A DNA stretch of 64,000 nt, from positions 39,249 through 103,248 of the IMG/VR virus record IMGVR_UViG_3300045009_000924. One strand, 5' to 3'. The notes beneath the pieces are model-generated. The model searched no databases and was not told the origin of the DNA. It worked only from the letters and a program-made list of their open reading frames with translations. Origin of the DNA: a virus. This document shows positions 27,580 to 37,700 of this stretch, piece by piece; position 1 is the stretch's first letter, and the number at the start of each line of letters is the position of its first letter. The position numbers and the translations under genes are program-made.

Positions 27580-29635
27580 CAATAAGACTCTCCCCTGTGT
27601 TGTCTCTTATTAGCTTAATCTCACACGAGTCGGTTGTGCAATAAGCCTCACCGATTGCATCAATGGCGAGCCCTGCATATATTCCAGCAAGGTCGATTGG
27701 GAAAATCTTGGATTTTGCCTCTTCGTATTCCTCTTCGGATATTTGTGTGTAGGGCATCTGGGGGTATATGTGATTGCCCATCGGGAGGAATGACACCGTT
27801 TTGAGCTGACCATCATGCATGTGCAGTATGGCCGGAATGTGCTCTGCTTCTTTTTCGGGGTCAAATGTCACGGTAACAGAAACAGAATTATCAGACCAGT
27901 ATCTTTGTGTCACAACAGCAAGAGCAACTTTTTCAAAGACGGAAACTTCTTTTTCCGCTCTCAATGCATCGGTTTTTATCGGAAAAAAAACAACAGATGT
28001 TGTATCTGGTGATTCTGATGCTGGCTCGACGCGATAGTTCGCCATTTTGAAAAGCTGAAGCATTGGGTCATTGTTCGAGAAGCGAATAGCCCTCATGAAG
28101 TATTTTCCGCCAGACGCCCAATGTACGCCAGGGCTTTCACCAGCAAGAATCGAAACAGTTCCAGATGGCTTAACTGTTGTCATTTTGATTGACTGTCTAA
28201 TTCCAAGCCATTCCGAGTATGTTTCGTCGTAGTGTTTTACTGTCTCATATCCAGAATTGAGCCAATCACGAAGCATTGTCCATCCGTTACTATCAGCAAA
28301 GTTTGCGATTCCCGAAACCGAAGTTCCAATTCTTCTGTTTCTTTGCATTATCGCATTTGTTTCTTCCCAGTGCGTTGGGAGAAGGGTAACTGTTTTTGCG
28401 TAGAGATATGCAAACTTGAGAGTTCGTTTGAAATCGTCTAGATTTTCATGGCGATTTAGGTATGTTTCGACCAGCGTGCAACATTCAAACGACTCAAGAC
28501 TTTGCTCTGCGCACGGATTGTAGCCAGTAATTCTCCAGTCCTTGTTGTTTGGCGGGTCAATTAATCGACCATATTGGCGGGATACATCCATCCAAACAAC
28601 ACCCGGTTCGCCATTTAGAACAATTCCATCAATTATTTTTGAAAAATCAGAACCAACTTTTGCCTCAACCGAGTTATTGGACATCCATGCCCAGCCTGGC
28701 TTTTCGGCATCATATGAATTTCTCTCGGGAAAGCGTTTTGAATTTTTTAGATTCAAAAATTCTTCATCGTCCATTCTTCCGATAAGAAGTTCTGCAGACC
28801 GACGCACATTTCCAGATACGACACAAACACCAATCATGTTTCCCATGTCTGCTATATCGATACGCGTCAACTTTTGACCACTGCGCCCAGAAAAAAGCTT
28901 AATGATGTGATTATGGAGTTTAATCAGTGGGCCCGGTCCAGCGGCAACGCCGCCGAAGGTTTTAATTGGTTGACCGGCAGCACGAATCATCGAATAATTG
29001 AAAATTGGGGCCGCTTGCTCTGGCTTGAGATATGAGTTTATTAGTTTTTCTACAGAATCAACCCACCCCTCTCGACTATCTTCTATTTTTATTATGTCCG
29101 TCGATGGCTGTGGTTCGTAAATAAAAAAATCTTTATCGGCGCCTTTATCATCGAAGCCAACGCCAACCCCAAGCATTGACGCCTCCATCAGAAACACGAA
29201 TGGTTTTGCTGGGTTGTGTTTTGTCATTTCCGATGTGGAAACAAACGCACAGTTCTGGAGAGCGGCAGAATTTCTCTGCTGGTTTACGAGTGGTGTTCCC
29301 ATGACCCAAAGACCACGTCCGGGCGGCGTCCACTTTAAATTAAAAAGTCTGTCATACGCCTCTTTTGCCGAAGCCTGAGCCTTCGCGTCATTCCATGGAA
29401 GACGGTTGAGTTTTGCATGGTCTTTCTGAAGGGAGTACATACCATTGACGACACGTTCGCAAACATCTGCCCACGTTTCCTTGGTTCCGTCATCCTTGAG
29501 GCGTGAGTATGTGCGAAGAAACGTAATTTCTCCGACCGAATTTCCCGCAGCGTCCCTGTAGCCAAAGGGTGGGATTTTTGTTTTGTATCCAGATACAAAA
29601 TCCTCGCTGAGCCTAAACGAAAAAAGATGAGTCAT
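27557..29635 (-). CDS. nrdJ: Class II (adenosylcobalamin-dependent) ribonucleotide reductase, monomeric RTPR type
   Basis: PPGRGLW, LQNCAF, VVSGNVRRSA, NPCAEQSLE (thiyl radical Cys), VKPSGT, C-terminal CTTDSC. Confidence 0.93.
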   Translation of the reverse strand: MTHLFSFRLSEDFVSGYKTKIPPFGYRDAAGNSVGEITFLRTYSRLKDDGTKETWADVCERVVNGMYSLQKDHAKLNRLPWNDAKAQASAKEAYDRLFNLKWTPPGRGLWVMGTPLVNQQRNSAALQNCAFVSTSEMTKHNPAKPFVFLMEASMLGVGVGFDDKGADKDFFIYEPQPSTDIIKIEDSREGWVDSVEKLINSYLKPEQAAPIFNYSMIRAAGQPIKTFGGVAAGPGPLIKLHNHIIKLFSGRSGQKLTRIDIADMGNMIGVCVVSGNVRRSAELLIGRMDDEEFLNLKNSKRFPERNSYDAEKPGWAWMSNNSVEAKVGSDFSKIIDGIVLNGEPGVVWMDVSRQYGRLIDPPNNKDWRITGYNPCAEQSLESFECCTLVETYLNRHENLDDFKRTLKFAYLYAKTVTLLPTHWEETNAIMQRNRRIGTSVSGIANFADSNGWTMLRDWLNSGYETVKHYDETYSEWLGIRQSIKMTTVKPSGTVSILAGESPGVHWASGGKYFMRAIRFSNNDPMLQLFKMANYRVEPASESPDTTSVVFFPIKTDALRAEKEVSVFEKVALAVVTQRYWSDNSVSVTVTFDPEKEAEHIPAILHMHDGQLKTVSFLPMGNHIYPQMPYTQISEEEYEEAKSKIFPIDLAGIYAGLAIDAIGEAYCTTDSCEIKLIRDNTGESLIGVGSSAG

Positions 29636-29723
29636 AAAGTTTCCTAACGGTGCGAGGTGATATTGTGTAGTCTACGATTGTAACTTATCGAAGAATAGTG
29701 AAATGGTCCAGCGTCAACCAAAT

Positions 29724-30053
29724 TTAATTAATGAAACCCAGTTCTTTCGCTTTTAATAATGGTATTTCTTTTCCTTTTGGATAAACAAGAATTTTTACAA
29801 ATAACCCAGGCCCCACTTCGCGCTGTTCATAAAAATCTTCCTGAATTAAAAAGGTTTGATTTAAATCAAAACTAGAACCAGTGTTGTACCCCCAAATTTC
29901 TTTTAGTGGTTCCGACTCTCCTGTGCAATCTCCGGTTGGGTGCCCACAAACAGGGCATGGTTTTCTTGTGGCCCTATAATATTTCAGTTCACCAATTTCC
30001 TCATATTCGCTTTGTTCCGTTGAAAAACCAGGACTATTGTAAAATGCCGTCAT
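29724..30053 (-). CDS. Hypothetical protein with a CPVCGH..GDC motif
   Basis: ORF in the minus-strand block; Zn-binding-type motif. Confidence 0.65.
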   Translation of the reverse strand: MTAFYNSPGFSTEQSEYEEIGELKYYRATRKPCPVCGHPTGDCTGESEPLKEIWGYNTGSSFDLNQTFLIQEDFYEQREVGPGLFVKILVYPKGKEIPLLKAKELGFIN

Positions 30054-30068
30054 ACTAAATATTTTACA

Positions 30069-30701
30069 TTATATTTCTTGTATTAAAAAGCCAAGAAGGG
30101 ACAACTCTTGTCTCGCATTTGCCAATTGAGCTTCATTCATGTCGTAAAGTGGCTCTTCTTTTAAACATTTTTCCAACATGACTGGCCATTTTGATTGTTT
30201 TAAATTTTTCTCTGGTTTTCTTGGATAAACAAGTAATTCTTTCCAAGTGATTTTTTTGCCAATATCTACGGAATATGGCGCAGCAATCATCGCAGCTGGG
30301 TTTATGTGACCGTCAGAATCAATAGATACATGACTAACCGTTATACACTCACTAACCGGCATTTTTTTGTTAAGAAAAGCATCTGCAAGGTCCATACCAA
30401 GTGTTTTTGTTTTATCAAATGAACAATAACCTTCGGCCACCATGCTTATTGATGTTACCCACCAGTATCTTCTCAATATGGAGCAAAGGTCAATACTTTG
30501 AATAAATCTTTCTTGGATATCTGCTCTAAATAGGTCATTTCTCATTTGACATACAATTGCGAGTTTTGAATTTTGCCATCCAAGAAAATGTGTGGCAACT
30601 TCTTCACCAATACCGAAATCGGAAGTCGCAGTTTCCTTCGCTAATTGGGCAGAGGTCAAAGCGAGAGCCATTTTCCCAAAATCATTGACGTACTCGTCCA
30701 T
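30069..30701 (-). CDS. Hypothetical protein
   Basis: 210-aa ORF filling the minus-strand block. Confidence 0.7.
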   Translation of the reverse strand: MDEYVNDFGKMALALTSAQLAKETATSDFGIGEEVATHFLGWQNSKLAIVCQMRNDLFRADIQERFIQSIDLCSILRRYWWVTSISMVAEGYCSFDKTKTLGMDLADAFLNKKMPVSECITVSHVSIDSDGHINPAAMIAAPYSVDIGKKITWKELLVYPRKPEKNLKQSKWPVMLEKCLKEEPLYDMNEAQLANARQELSLLGFLIQEI

Positions 30702-30797
30702 GATAAAAATACTAAAACACGGAACAAAAAATAAAAGTCAATAAATATTTTAAAATAGTTGCATTCCGGGTCGTGTGTTAGCACTAGGGTGTTGGGC

Positions 30798-31055
30798 ATG
30801 ACAGAAAAAAAATCAACAAACAAAAAATCATCAAAGCCCAAAGCAAAATCTACGCCGTCGGCAAATAAAAAAAGTACGTCTTCAAAATCAAAGACAAAGT
30901 CCCCCAATGCCTCCAAGCCGTCGGTTGCGGTTAGTGATGCAAAATCATCACTATATAATGCGTTGGGCGATGTATCGAGTATTCCGGTTTTTGAAAAGAC
31001 GTCAAACTCGGTTGTTAAATGGTTTGACAAGTTAATTAAAAAACTTCTCGGTTAG
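30798..31055 (+). CDS. Small Lys/Ser-rich basic protein
   Basis: MTEKKSTNKKSSKPKAK...; first gene after the strand switch. Confidence 0.55.
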   Translation: MTEKKSTNKKSSKPKAKSTPSANKKSTSSKSKTKSPNASKPSVAVSDAKSSLYNALGDVSSIPVFEKTSNSVVKWFDKLIKKLLG

Positions 31056-31088
31056 TTTGTGTTTGCCCTGGCGGGGGGCAGCCCAAAT

Positions 31089-31502
31089 ATGACTACCGAA
31101 AGAAGAAAAGCACCACGAAAAAAAATTAAATATATACAAAAAATAGGTTCGTGGGGAAAATACGAATACGTTCATCACCTTGTTTGTGGTCATGTAGAAA
31201 CAAGAAAACGCAAAGCACCGACAAGCGAAATAGCTTGTGTTATATGTTTAAAAACAGAAGAAAAAAAACAAGAAATAAGAGCTTTGTCTCGCATTTCGCC
31301 GCTCATTTCTGGAAACGAAGACTATTTAATTAATGAAGAACTAAAAATAGAAAGAGCAAGAGGTCTTCTCGGCGCCAAATTCGGAATACCGTTAGATGCT
31401 GTTGATATTTCATCAGAATATTTTGATGGAAAGCTTATAATAAGAGGCGCAACAATTTATCTTTCCTCACAAGATGTGGACAAGTTAACAAAAATAAACT
31501 AA
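31089..31502 (+). CDS. Hypothetical protein with an L.CGH...C..C zinc motif
   Basis: HHLVCGH...CVIC. Confidence 0.6.
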   Translation: MTTERRKAPRKKIKYIQKIGSWGKYEYVHHLVCGHVETRKRKAPTSEIACVICLKTEEKKQEIRALSRISPLISGNEDYLINEELKIERARGLLGAKFGIPLDAVDISSEYFDGKLIIRGATIYLSSQDVDKLTKIN

Positions 31503-31527
31503 CCTTTCTCCCATCACGGGAGGAGAA

Positions 31528-31920
31528 ATGAAAAGACAAGAAGATATTGATTTTCGCAATCAAATATCGATTGACCTAGATGTGGAATTGCTTTCAGCAC
31601 CAACTCCAAATCCACCAACAAATGGCGCATGCGCAGGCCACGACGTTTCGATGTGGTTTCCGTATTTTGATAAAGAGCAAGCAACCAATGAAACATACAA
31701 AAAATCACAACAAAATAGCTTAAGAGCAAGAAGAATTTGCTCCGGTTGTGAAAAAAGAATTCCCTGCCTGGCCTACGGTCTACAAAACGAACAATTTGGA
31801 ATTTGGGGTGGTTATACCGAAAGACAGAGAAAATCTCTTAGGCGAAAATTTGGAATTCAATTAGCAAGAAAAGAACCAATAATTAACATTCGGGGAATGA
31901 ATCTAAAATACGATAGATAA
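31528..31920 (+). CDS. whiB: WhiB-family Fe-S transcription factor
   Basis: Four Cys (GAC...ICSGC...PC) and the GIWGG turn; strong SD gggaggag. Confidence 0.92.
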   Translation: MKRQEDIDFRNQISIDLDVELLSAPTPNPPTNGACAGHDVSMWFPYFDKEQATNETYKKSQQNSLRARRICSGCEKRIPCLAYGLQNEQFGIWGGYTERQRKSLRRKFGIQLARKEPIINIRGMNLKYDR

Positions 31921-31922
31921 AA

Positions 31923-33710
31923 ATGTCCATATCCCCTTCAACCCAAACAGCAAATTTTTTGTCGCGCCTAAGTGGTGTTAGGCAAACAAACAATGGTTGG
32001 GTTGCAAGATGTCCATGCAGAAATGACGACAATAATCCATCACTCTCCATAGGTCAGGGAAATGACGGGAGAACGCTCATAACTTGCCATAGGGCAATGT
32101 CATGCAATGCCGAGCAAATATGCAGTTCGGTTGGAATGCGTATTTCTGAATTAATGCCAAATAATGGAGAAAAATTAACAACATTCACCTCAGAAAAAAA
32201 CTTTATTCCGTCGTCTTCTGCCAGCTTCAAAACGGAAAAATCAACATCAAAACCAAAATTTGTTGAATCATACGACTATGTTGACGAGTTTGGGAAACTA
32301 TTGTTTCAAAAAGTTAGATACATTGAAGAAAATGGAAAAAAAACATTTAGGCAGAGAAAACCCGACGGTCATGGTGGTTGGATTTATGCGCTTGGCGAAA
32401 CGCCAAAAGTTTTATACAACCTTCCTTCCGTTTTGGCTGCAAAAGAGGCAAATCAGCCAATTTGGCTTGTGGAGGGAGAAAAAGATGCAAACACTCTTAT
32501 TGACATGGGCATTTGCGCAACAACCATGCCCGGTGGTGCGGGTAAATGGCTTGACATTCATACCGAAACTCTTGCTGGAGCAATCGTTGAAATAGTTGCC
32601 GATAGGGATGATATTGGCATAAAACACGCAAATGATGTTTTGAAAAAACTAAAAGATGCTGGTTGTGATGCAAAAGCATGGGTGTGCCCATCAGAAAAAG
32701 ACATAACCGACCACATAGAAACCGGAAAAGCGGTTGATGAAATAATTCCACTTGAAGAAAGTCAACTCCCACTTTTAACAAATGAAAACAAAGTGCTTGA
32801 ACTTTCACCAGAAGATGTTGTAGTTGGCAAACTAAAAGAACTTTTTGACAGAGATGATTTAAGCGCAAAAGCGAAAATCGCAAAAAGTAATTTAATTATT
32901 GCCACTTCGACGGTATCTTTTGTTCTTGATTCGGGCAGATTGGTTCAATGGAACGATTTTTTGAACGAGTCCGACAAAGACAACTACGAATGGGTCATAC
33001 CTGGGTTGATAGAGAGAATTGAACGAGTGATAGTGGTTGCGGCAGAGGGTGTCGGAAAAACAATGCTGGCAAGACAGGTGGGAATTTTGTGCAGTGCCGG
33101 AATACATCCATTTTCATTTCAGGAAATTCCAAGGATTAGAACACTTTCTGTCGACCTTGAAAACCCAGAAAGAATTATAAGAAGAACATCTCGTTCAATC
33201 GCATTGCAGGCAATGCATCACTCAAAACTAAGCTCTCTTGATGCATTTATTTTGACCAAGCCATCTGGAATGGACCTACTTCACGCGAGAGATAGGGCAA
33301 TATTGGAGGAGGCATTGGACAAGGTGAAACCGCACATGCTGATAATTGGTCCGCTGTATAAAGCATTTGTTGACCCCGGCGGTCGAACATCCGAAGCAGT
33401 GGCCGTCGAAGTAGCGAAATATCTTGACACAATACGCACCATATATAACTGTGCCCTATGGATAGAACACCACGCTCCGCTTGGTTCAAGTTCAACAACC
33501 AGAGATTTGAGACCTTTTGGTTCTGCCGTTTGGTCAAGATGGCCCGAATTTGGCATTTCTCTACAGCCAGACCCAACCATTGTGGGAGAATATGTTTACG
33601 ACATTAAGCACTTCCGTGGAGCTAGGGATGAACGTCAATGGCCATTAAAAATAAAACGCGGAAAACGCTTTCCCTTCGAAGTTGTTGAATGGAATAAAGT
33701 TGTTACATGA
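31923..33710 (+). CDS. DNA primase-helicase (Zn finger + TOPRIM + RecA-like/AAA_25 helicase)
   Basis: ARCPC..DD..PSL..CH..C; LVEGEKDA; ADRDDIG; Walker A AAEGVGKT; RPFGSAVW. Confidence 0.88.
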   Translation: MSISPSTQTANFLSRLSGVRQTNNGWVARCPCRNDDNNPSLSIGQGNDGRTLITCHRAMSCNAEQICSSVGMRISELMPNNGEKLTTFTSEKNFIPSSSASFKTEKSTSKPKFVESYDYVDEFGKLLFQKVRYIEENGKKTFRQRKPDGHGGWIYALGETPKVLYNLPSVLAAKEANQPIWLVEGEKDANTLIDMGICATTMPGGAGKWLDIHTETLAGAIVEIVADRDDIGIKHANDVLKKLKDAGCDAKAWVCPSEKDITDHIETGKAVDEIIPLEESQLPLLTNENKVLELSPEDVVVGKLKELFDRDDLSAKAKIAKSNLIIATSTVSFVLDSGRLVQWNDFLNESDKDNYEWVIPGLIERIERVIVVAAEGVGKTMLARQVGILCSAGIHPFSFQEIPRIRTLSVDLENPERIIRRTSRSIALQAMHHSKLSSLDAFILTKPSGMDLLHARDRAILEEALDKVKPHMLIIGPLYKAFVDPGGRTSEAVAVEVAKYLDTIRTIYNCALWIEHHAPLGSSSTTRDLRPFGSAVWSRWPEFGISLQPDPTIVGEYVYDIKHFRGARDERQWPLKIKRGKRFPFEVVEWNKVVT

Positions 33711-34342
33711 GCGATGATAAAAAAAGAAACACCTCACTGATAAAAACTGCCGAATCAGTACATGAGCGAGATATGCGCATTTTTAAAATGCGCCAAGCCG
33801 GAACTGCGATTTCAGAAATAGCGAGAAGGTTTGGAGTTTCTACACAAACTGTTTCACGGTCGATTCAAAGACAATTAGAAAAAATGAATCGAGAAGCTAT
33901 GCTCGCGTACCCCGAGATATTACGAATGGAGCTAGAAAGACTCGACAATCTTCAGCAGGCACTATGGCCACTCACTCAGCATAGAAGGCAGATAAATGAT
34001 GACGGAACAGAATTACAACTAGAGCCAGACATAAAAGCTGTTCAGCAAGTTTTATCAATCATGGATAAACGTTCAAAATTACTGGGAATAGAGCAAACAA
34101 ATATAAGCGTGCAATTGGATGCGCAAATAAATGGAAATAACGCAATAAGAGCAATGATTGCCGGTCAGCCAGGAATAGAAAAACCAGCAAAAGGATTTGA
34201 CCCCGAATCTGAATCTAAGAAACTTCTTGAACTTATGGCAATAGCAGGAGTTTTACCAGAAAGTACGGTAAAAGCACTAATGTCCCCCAGTGAAGAAATA
34301 ATCGATGGCGAGATAATAGAGCAAGATGAGGAGGAAATTTAA
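33707..34342 (+). CDS. HTH protein, possible terminase small subunit
   Basis: HTH (ISEIARRFGVSTQTV) followed by ELERLD.LQ..LW and MDKRSKLLG, a pattern typical of actinophage HTH/TerS-like proteins. Confidence 0.55.
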   Translation: MSDDKKRNTSLIKTAESVHERDMRIFKMRQAGTAISEIARRFGVSTQTVSRSIQRQLEKMNREAMLAYPEILRMELERLDNLQQALWPLTQHRRQINDDGTELQLEPDIKAVQQVLSIMDKRSKLLGIEQTNISVQLDAQINGNNAIRAMIAGQPGIEKPAKGFDPESESKKLLELMAIAGVLPESTVKALMSPSEEIIDGEIIEQDEEEI

Positions 34343-34654
34343 GTGTCAAATAATTCAAACGAAATGTCAAATATAAAAATAGCCATGGACAAAATTTCAG
34401 AAACAATGGAATCGAAAATTCCACTTTCCGTGACCAATGACGGTGGGCCGGCTGATAAACAAGTTTTAATAAGAACAACTGAGCAAGAAAGAGAAAAATG
34501 GAAGATGGCTTCGGAAAAAGACGGCTTAAATCTTTCAGCATGGATTAGAAAACACCTGAACGAACAATCAGAAAAAGTTCTTACCTGTCAACACGAAGTT
34601 GTCAAGTCCTACCCCTGGGCGACAATTTGTGTGAAGTGTCGTCAAAGGTTGTAA
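34343..34654 (+). CDS. Ribbon-helix-helix-like DNA-binding protein with a C-terminal Zn motif
   Basis: QVLIRTT..EREKWK.AS...GLNLSAWIR; C.H...CVKC. Confidence 0.6.
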   Translation: MSNNSNEMSNIKIAMDKISETMESKIPLSVTNDGGPADKQVLIRTTEQEREKWKMASEKDGLNLSAWIRKHLNEQSEKVLTCQHEVVKSYPWATICVKCRQRL

Positions 34655-34704
34655 TAATAATTTAAAAACAATTTCAAATGCACAGAATGGTATTATTGCA
34701 GTAA

Positions 34705-37700
34705 ATGCTTAATCGTGAAGTAGACAATGTCCGCAACTCTGGTGAAACAAAATCTCCAGAAGTAAAAGCTCGCAGTATTCTTGGGAGGTCGGTGTCCTAC
34801 GCTGCTAGGCGTCTTATAGATAGGCCAAGACTGGGGGGAAGAAGACGAAGACGCAGGGGGCTCGACGTAGACATACCTACCGGCGGCGTGCCGGGAACAA
34901 GAATCCCAACGGGCTCCAGATTGGACCCAGACAAAGACGGGTGGTCCGATGAGGGAACCACAAAACCAATTTGGGTGGGTTTGCCCAAAGCAAAATTGCC
35001 CCAACCTCCAAAAATAAACAAAAACAGAGATTCTTACAACGCCACAACACCAGTCGATAGGCTCGCGTCCGGAGCAAAAAAACCATCATGGCCCAGAAAG
35101 CCAACGTATGGGGCTTTTGTTGACGGCGCCATTGATTATTTTTCGGGAGCGAGAAACTGGAAAGAATTCTCGGAGCTATATAAAGATAGAGAAATTATTT
35201 GGCTTGACTACGAAACAACTGGGCTCATTTTTGATGATTTTAAAAAACCCTCCCACAATGGAAACCCAACACAACTCGGTTTGGTAAAAGTGAAAAATGG
35301 AAAAGTCGTAGAAAAACTAAATCTATTCATGAATCCACAAATGAAATTGGAGCCGTGGTCACGCGACAACCTCAAAGACGCGGACGGAAATCCGATAACC
35401 GATGAGTGGCTGTCAACACAAATGTCAATTGAAGATGCTCACAAAAAACTTGTCGAATTTGCTGGAGATAAAAGCATTTTGGGTGTTCAAAATGCTTCTT
35501 TTGACAAAGACGTTCTGGAAGATGCACTAGAAAGTTCAGGAATTTCGTGGAGACCATATGGATATATAGATACAAAAGAAATATCCGATATGGTTTTGCC
35601 AAAATGGAACGAAGAAACACAGGACGGTCCATACAAAATTATTGACGGAAATAAAGTTCCGTCGAACGGCTTGGCAGACATAACAAAATATCTTGGGATT
35701 GACCTTGGCTCCAAACATCATTACGCAACCGAGGATGCCAGAGCGGCATCAGAGGTGATGCAGGCAATAATTGACAAAGCAATAGAAAACAATTGGTCTA
35801 CCGACATTTTTGACAAAAAAATAAGAGATGCGAAATTACTGGCAGACAAGAAAGCATACACAGAAAAAATTGAAAAATTTAAAATTGATAAAGAAAACTG
35901 GTTAAAAAACAACAGCAACGAAAATACCAGAATCTCGTCTGGACTTGACAAAAATAAGATTTTTAAAATATCGGCAGAAGAAGTAGAAAAAATAGAGCAA
36001 CATCGACGCAGAAAATATAAATACGGCGACGAAAGTGTTTTGCATGATGGAAAACAAATAAGAAGGGATAGGCAGGACTGGCTTGAGGGCCTAACGCCAG
36101 AACAAATGGCAGAAGTTCTTGTTCCGTCATCAAATGAAGAGTTTTTTGAAATGTGGCTCGATGATTTTGCGCCAGGAGCAAGATTGGAACCCAAAATAGT
36201 TGAAGCATTTAAAAAGTACTGGAACAATCACATGGAAAATAATCCGTGGGACGTCATTGATGAGTCTCCAGAATCCGTTCAGGCCATGAAGGATGTGTTA
36301 AAAGCTTCGCTTGAATCAAATCCCTACATGAGATGGGCTTACGAAAAGCATGGCGCCCCAATGCATGCAGTTTGGGCCCGTGGGGGAATCGACTCATGGG
36401 AGTCAAGAAAAGAAATGCAAGAATTACTCGACAAAATAACCGAGCAGCGTAATTATCGAGAGAGGGCACACGTTTCTGGCCGACTTTCTCCATTTATTGA
36501 ACTGGTGGTTTTTCATCCAAAAACGATTATAGAAATGTCAGGAAATGAAGGCGAAAAAATACCACTGTCACTAGGACAAAATCATGAAGTTATTCCAGGA
36601 GATTCACATATTGATAATTCAATAGCTGGAAGAATGATGCACGAATGGGCCCATTGGCTGCACTGGAGAGCAATAAGAGACCAGGGTAAACTTGGAGAAT
36701 CAAAAAACAGAATTTACTATGGTTCCGGAAACATCAATGACCCGGAATACATGAATGCATTGTCAATAGCCGAACAATATCGCTCCCATTCGATGAATCC
36801 AAACCTAATAAAGCTGCACGAAGATGGCGTGGATATAAACAAGGACCCAAACGCGCCAAGAACCACAACTTCATATTCCCACATATCTCCAGCAGAAATG
36901 ATTGCAGAAGGAATTTCTGCCATTCTTCATCCAAACAGAAATATTCAAAACGATGCCTTAAATGACAAATTAAGAAAAGACGCAAAAATTCTTCTCGGCG
37001 GAGACGGTTTTGACGACGAGCCATGGGAGCTACACGCATCAAAAGAAATAGCAATCAGAAAAAAGAAAATAGATTCACTTACCAAGCGCGAAAGAAAAAA
37101 TAGACTCTCTTCTGGAAAACTAGATGCAATCGGCAGAGAAAATTACAAAAATTCATTTTTGAAAAAATATTCACCGAAATCAAATTTTAAAAAATACACA
37201 AGTGGAACATCGCCAAATAATTTAATTTTTTCTAGAGAAATAGAAAAAGATAAATTCGACATAAATAATTCTGATTCTGCAAAATTTTCCTACGTTGACG
37301 AATTGGGGAGAACAATCGAGGTTTTTAATAATGAAAATCCGAACAAATTTGCGTCTGAATTATTTTTTTCAAAAAATATATCCGATTCCTTGAATTTTGA
37401 ATATTATGATTTTTTCGAACTTTTTACCGAAAAAGAATTTCCAAACACAAAAAGGTTTAAAAAATTACAAGATGAACTTAATGAGTCGAGTAAATTTCTC
37501 GTACGCGTAGACAAACTGGACGGCTCTGAGGATTTGGAATCTGTTGGCTTTTCACCAATTGACAACATAGTAACTGATTCGTCAATGAGCAACGAGCATG
37601 CATATCTTAATTTGAAGCCCATAAAAACAGAAAACGCAGGATTTCTTTTTGACACCGAAGCTGAAGGACTTTTTGAATCATCACTAAATGGAGAAAAAAG

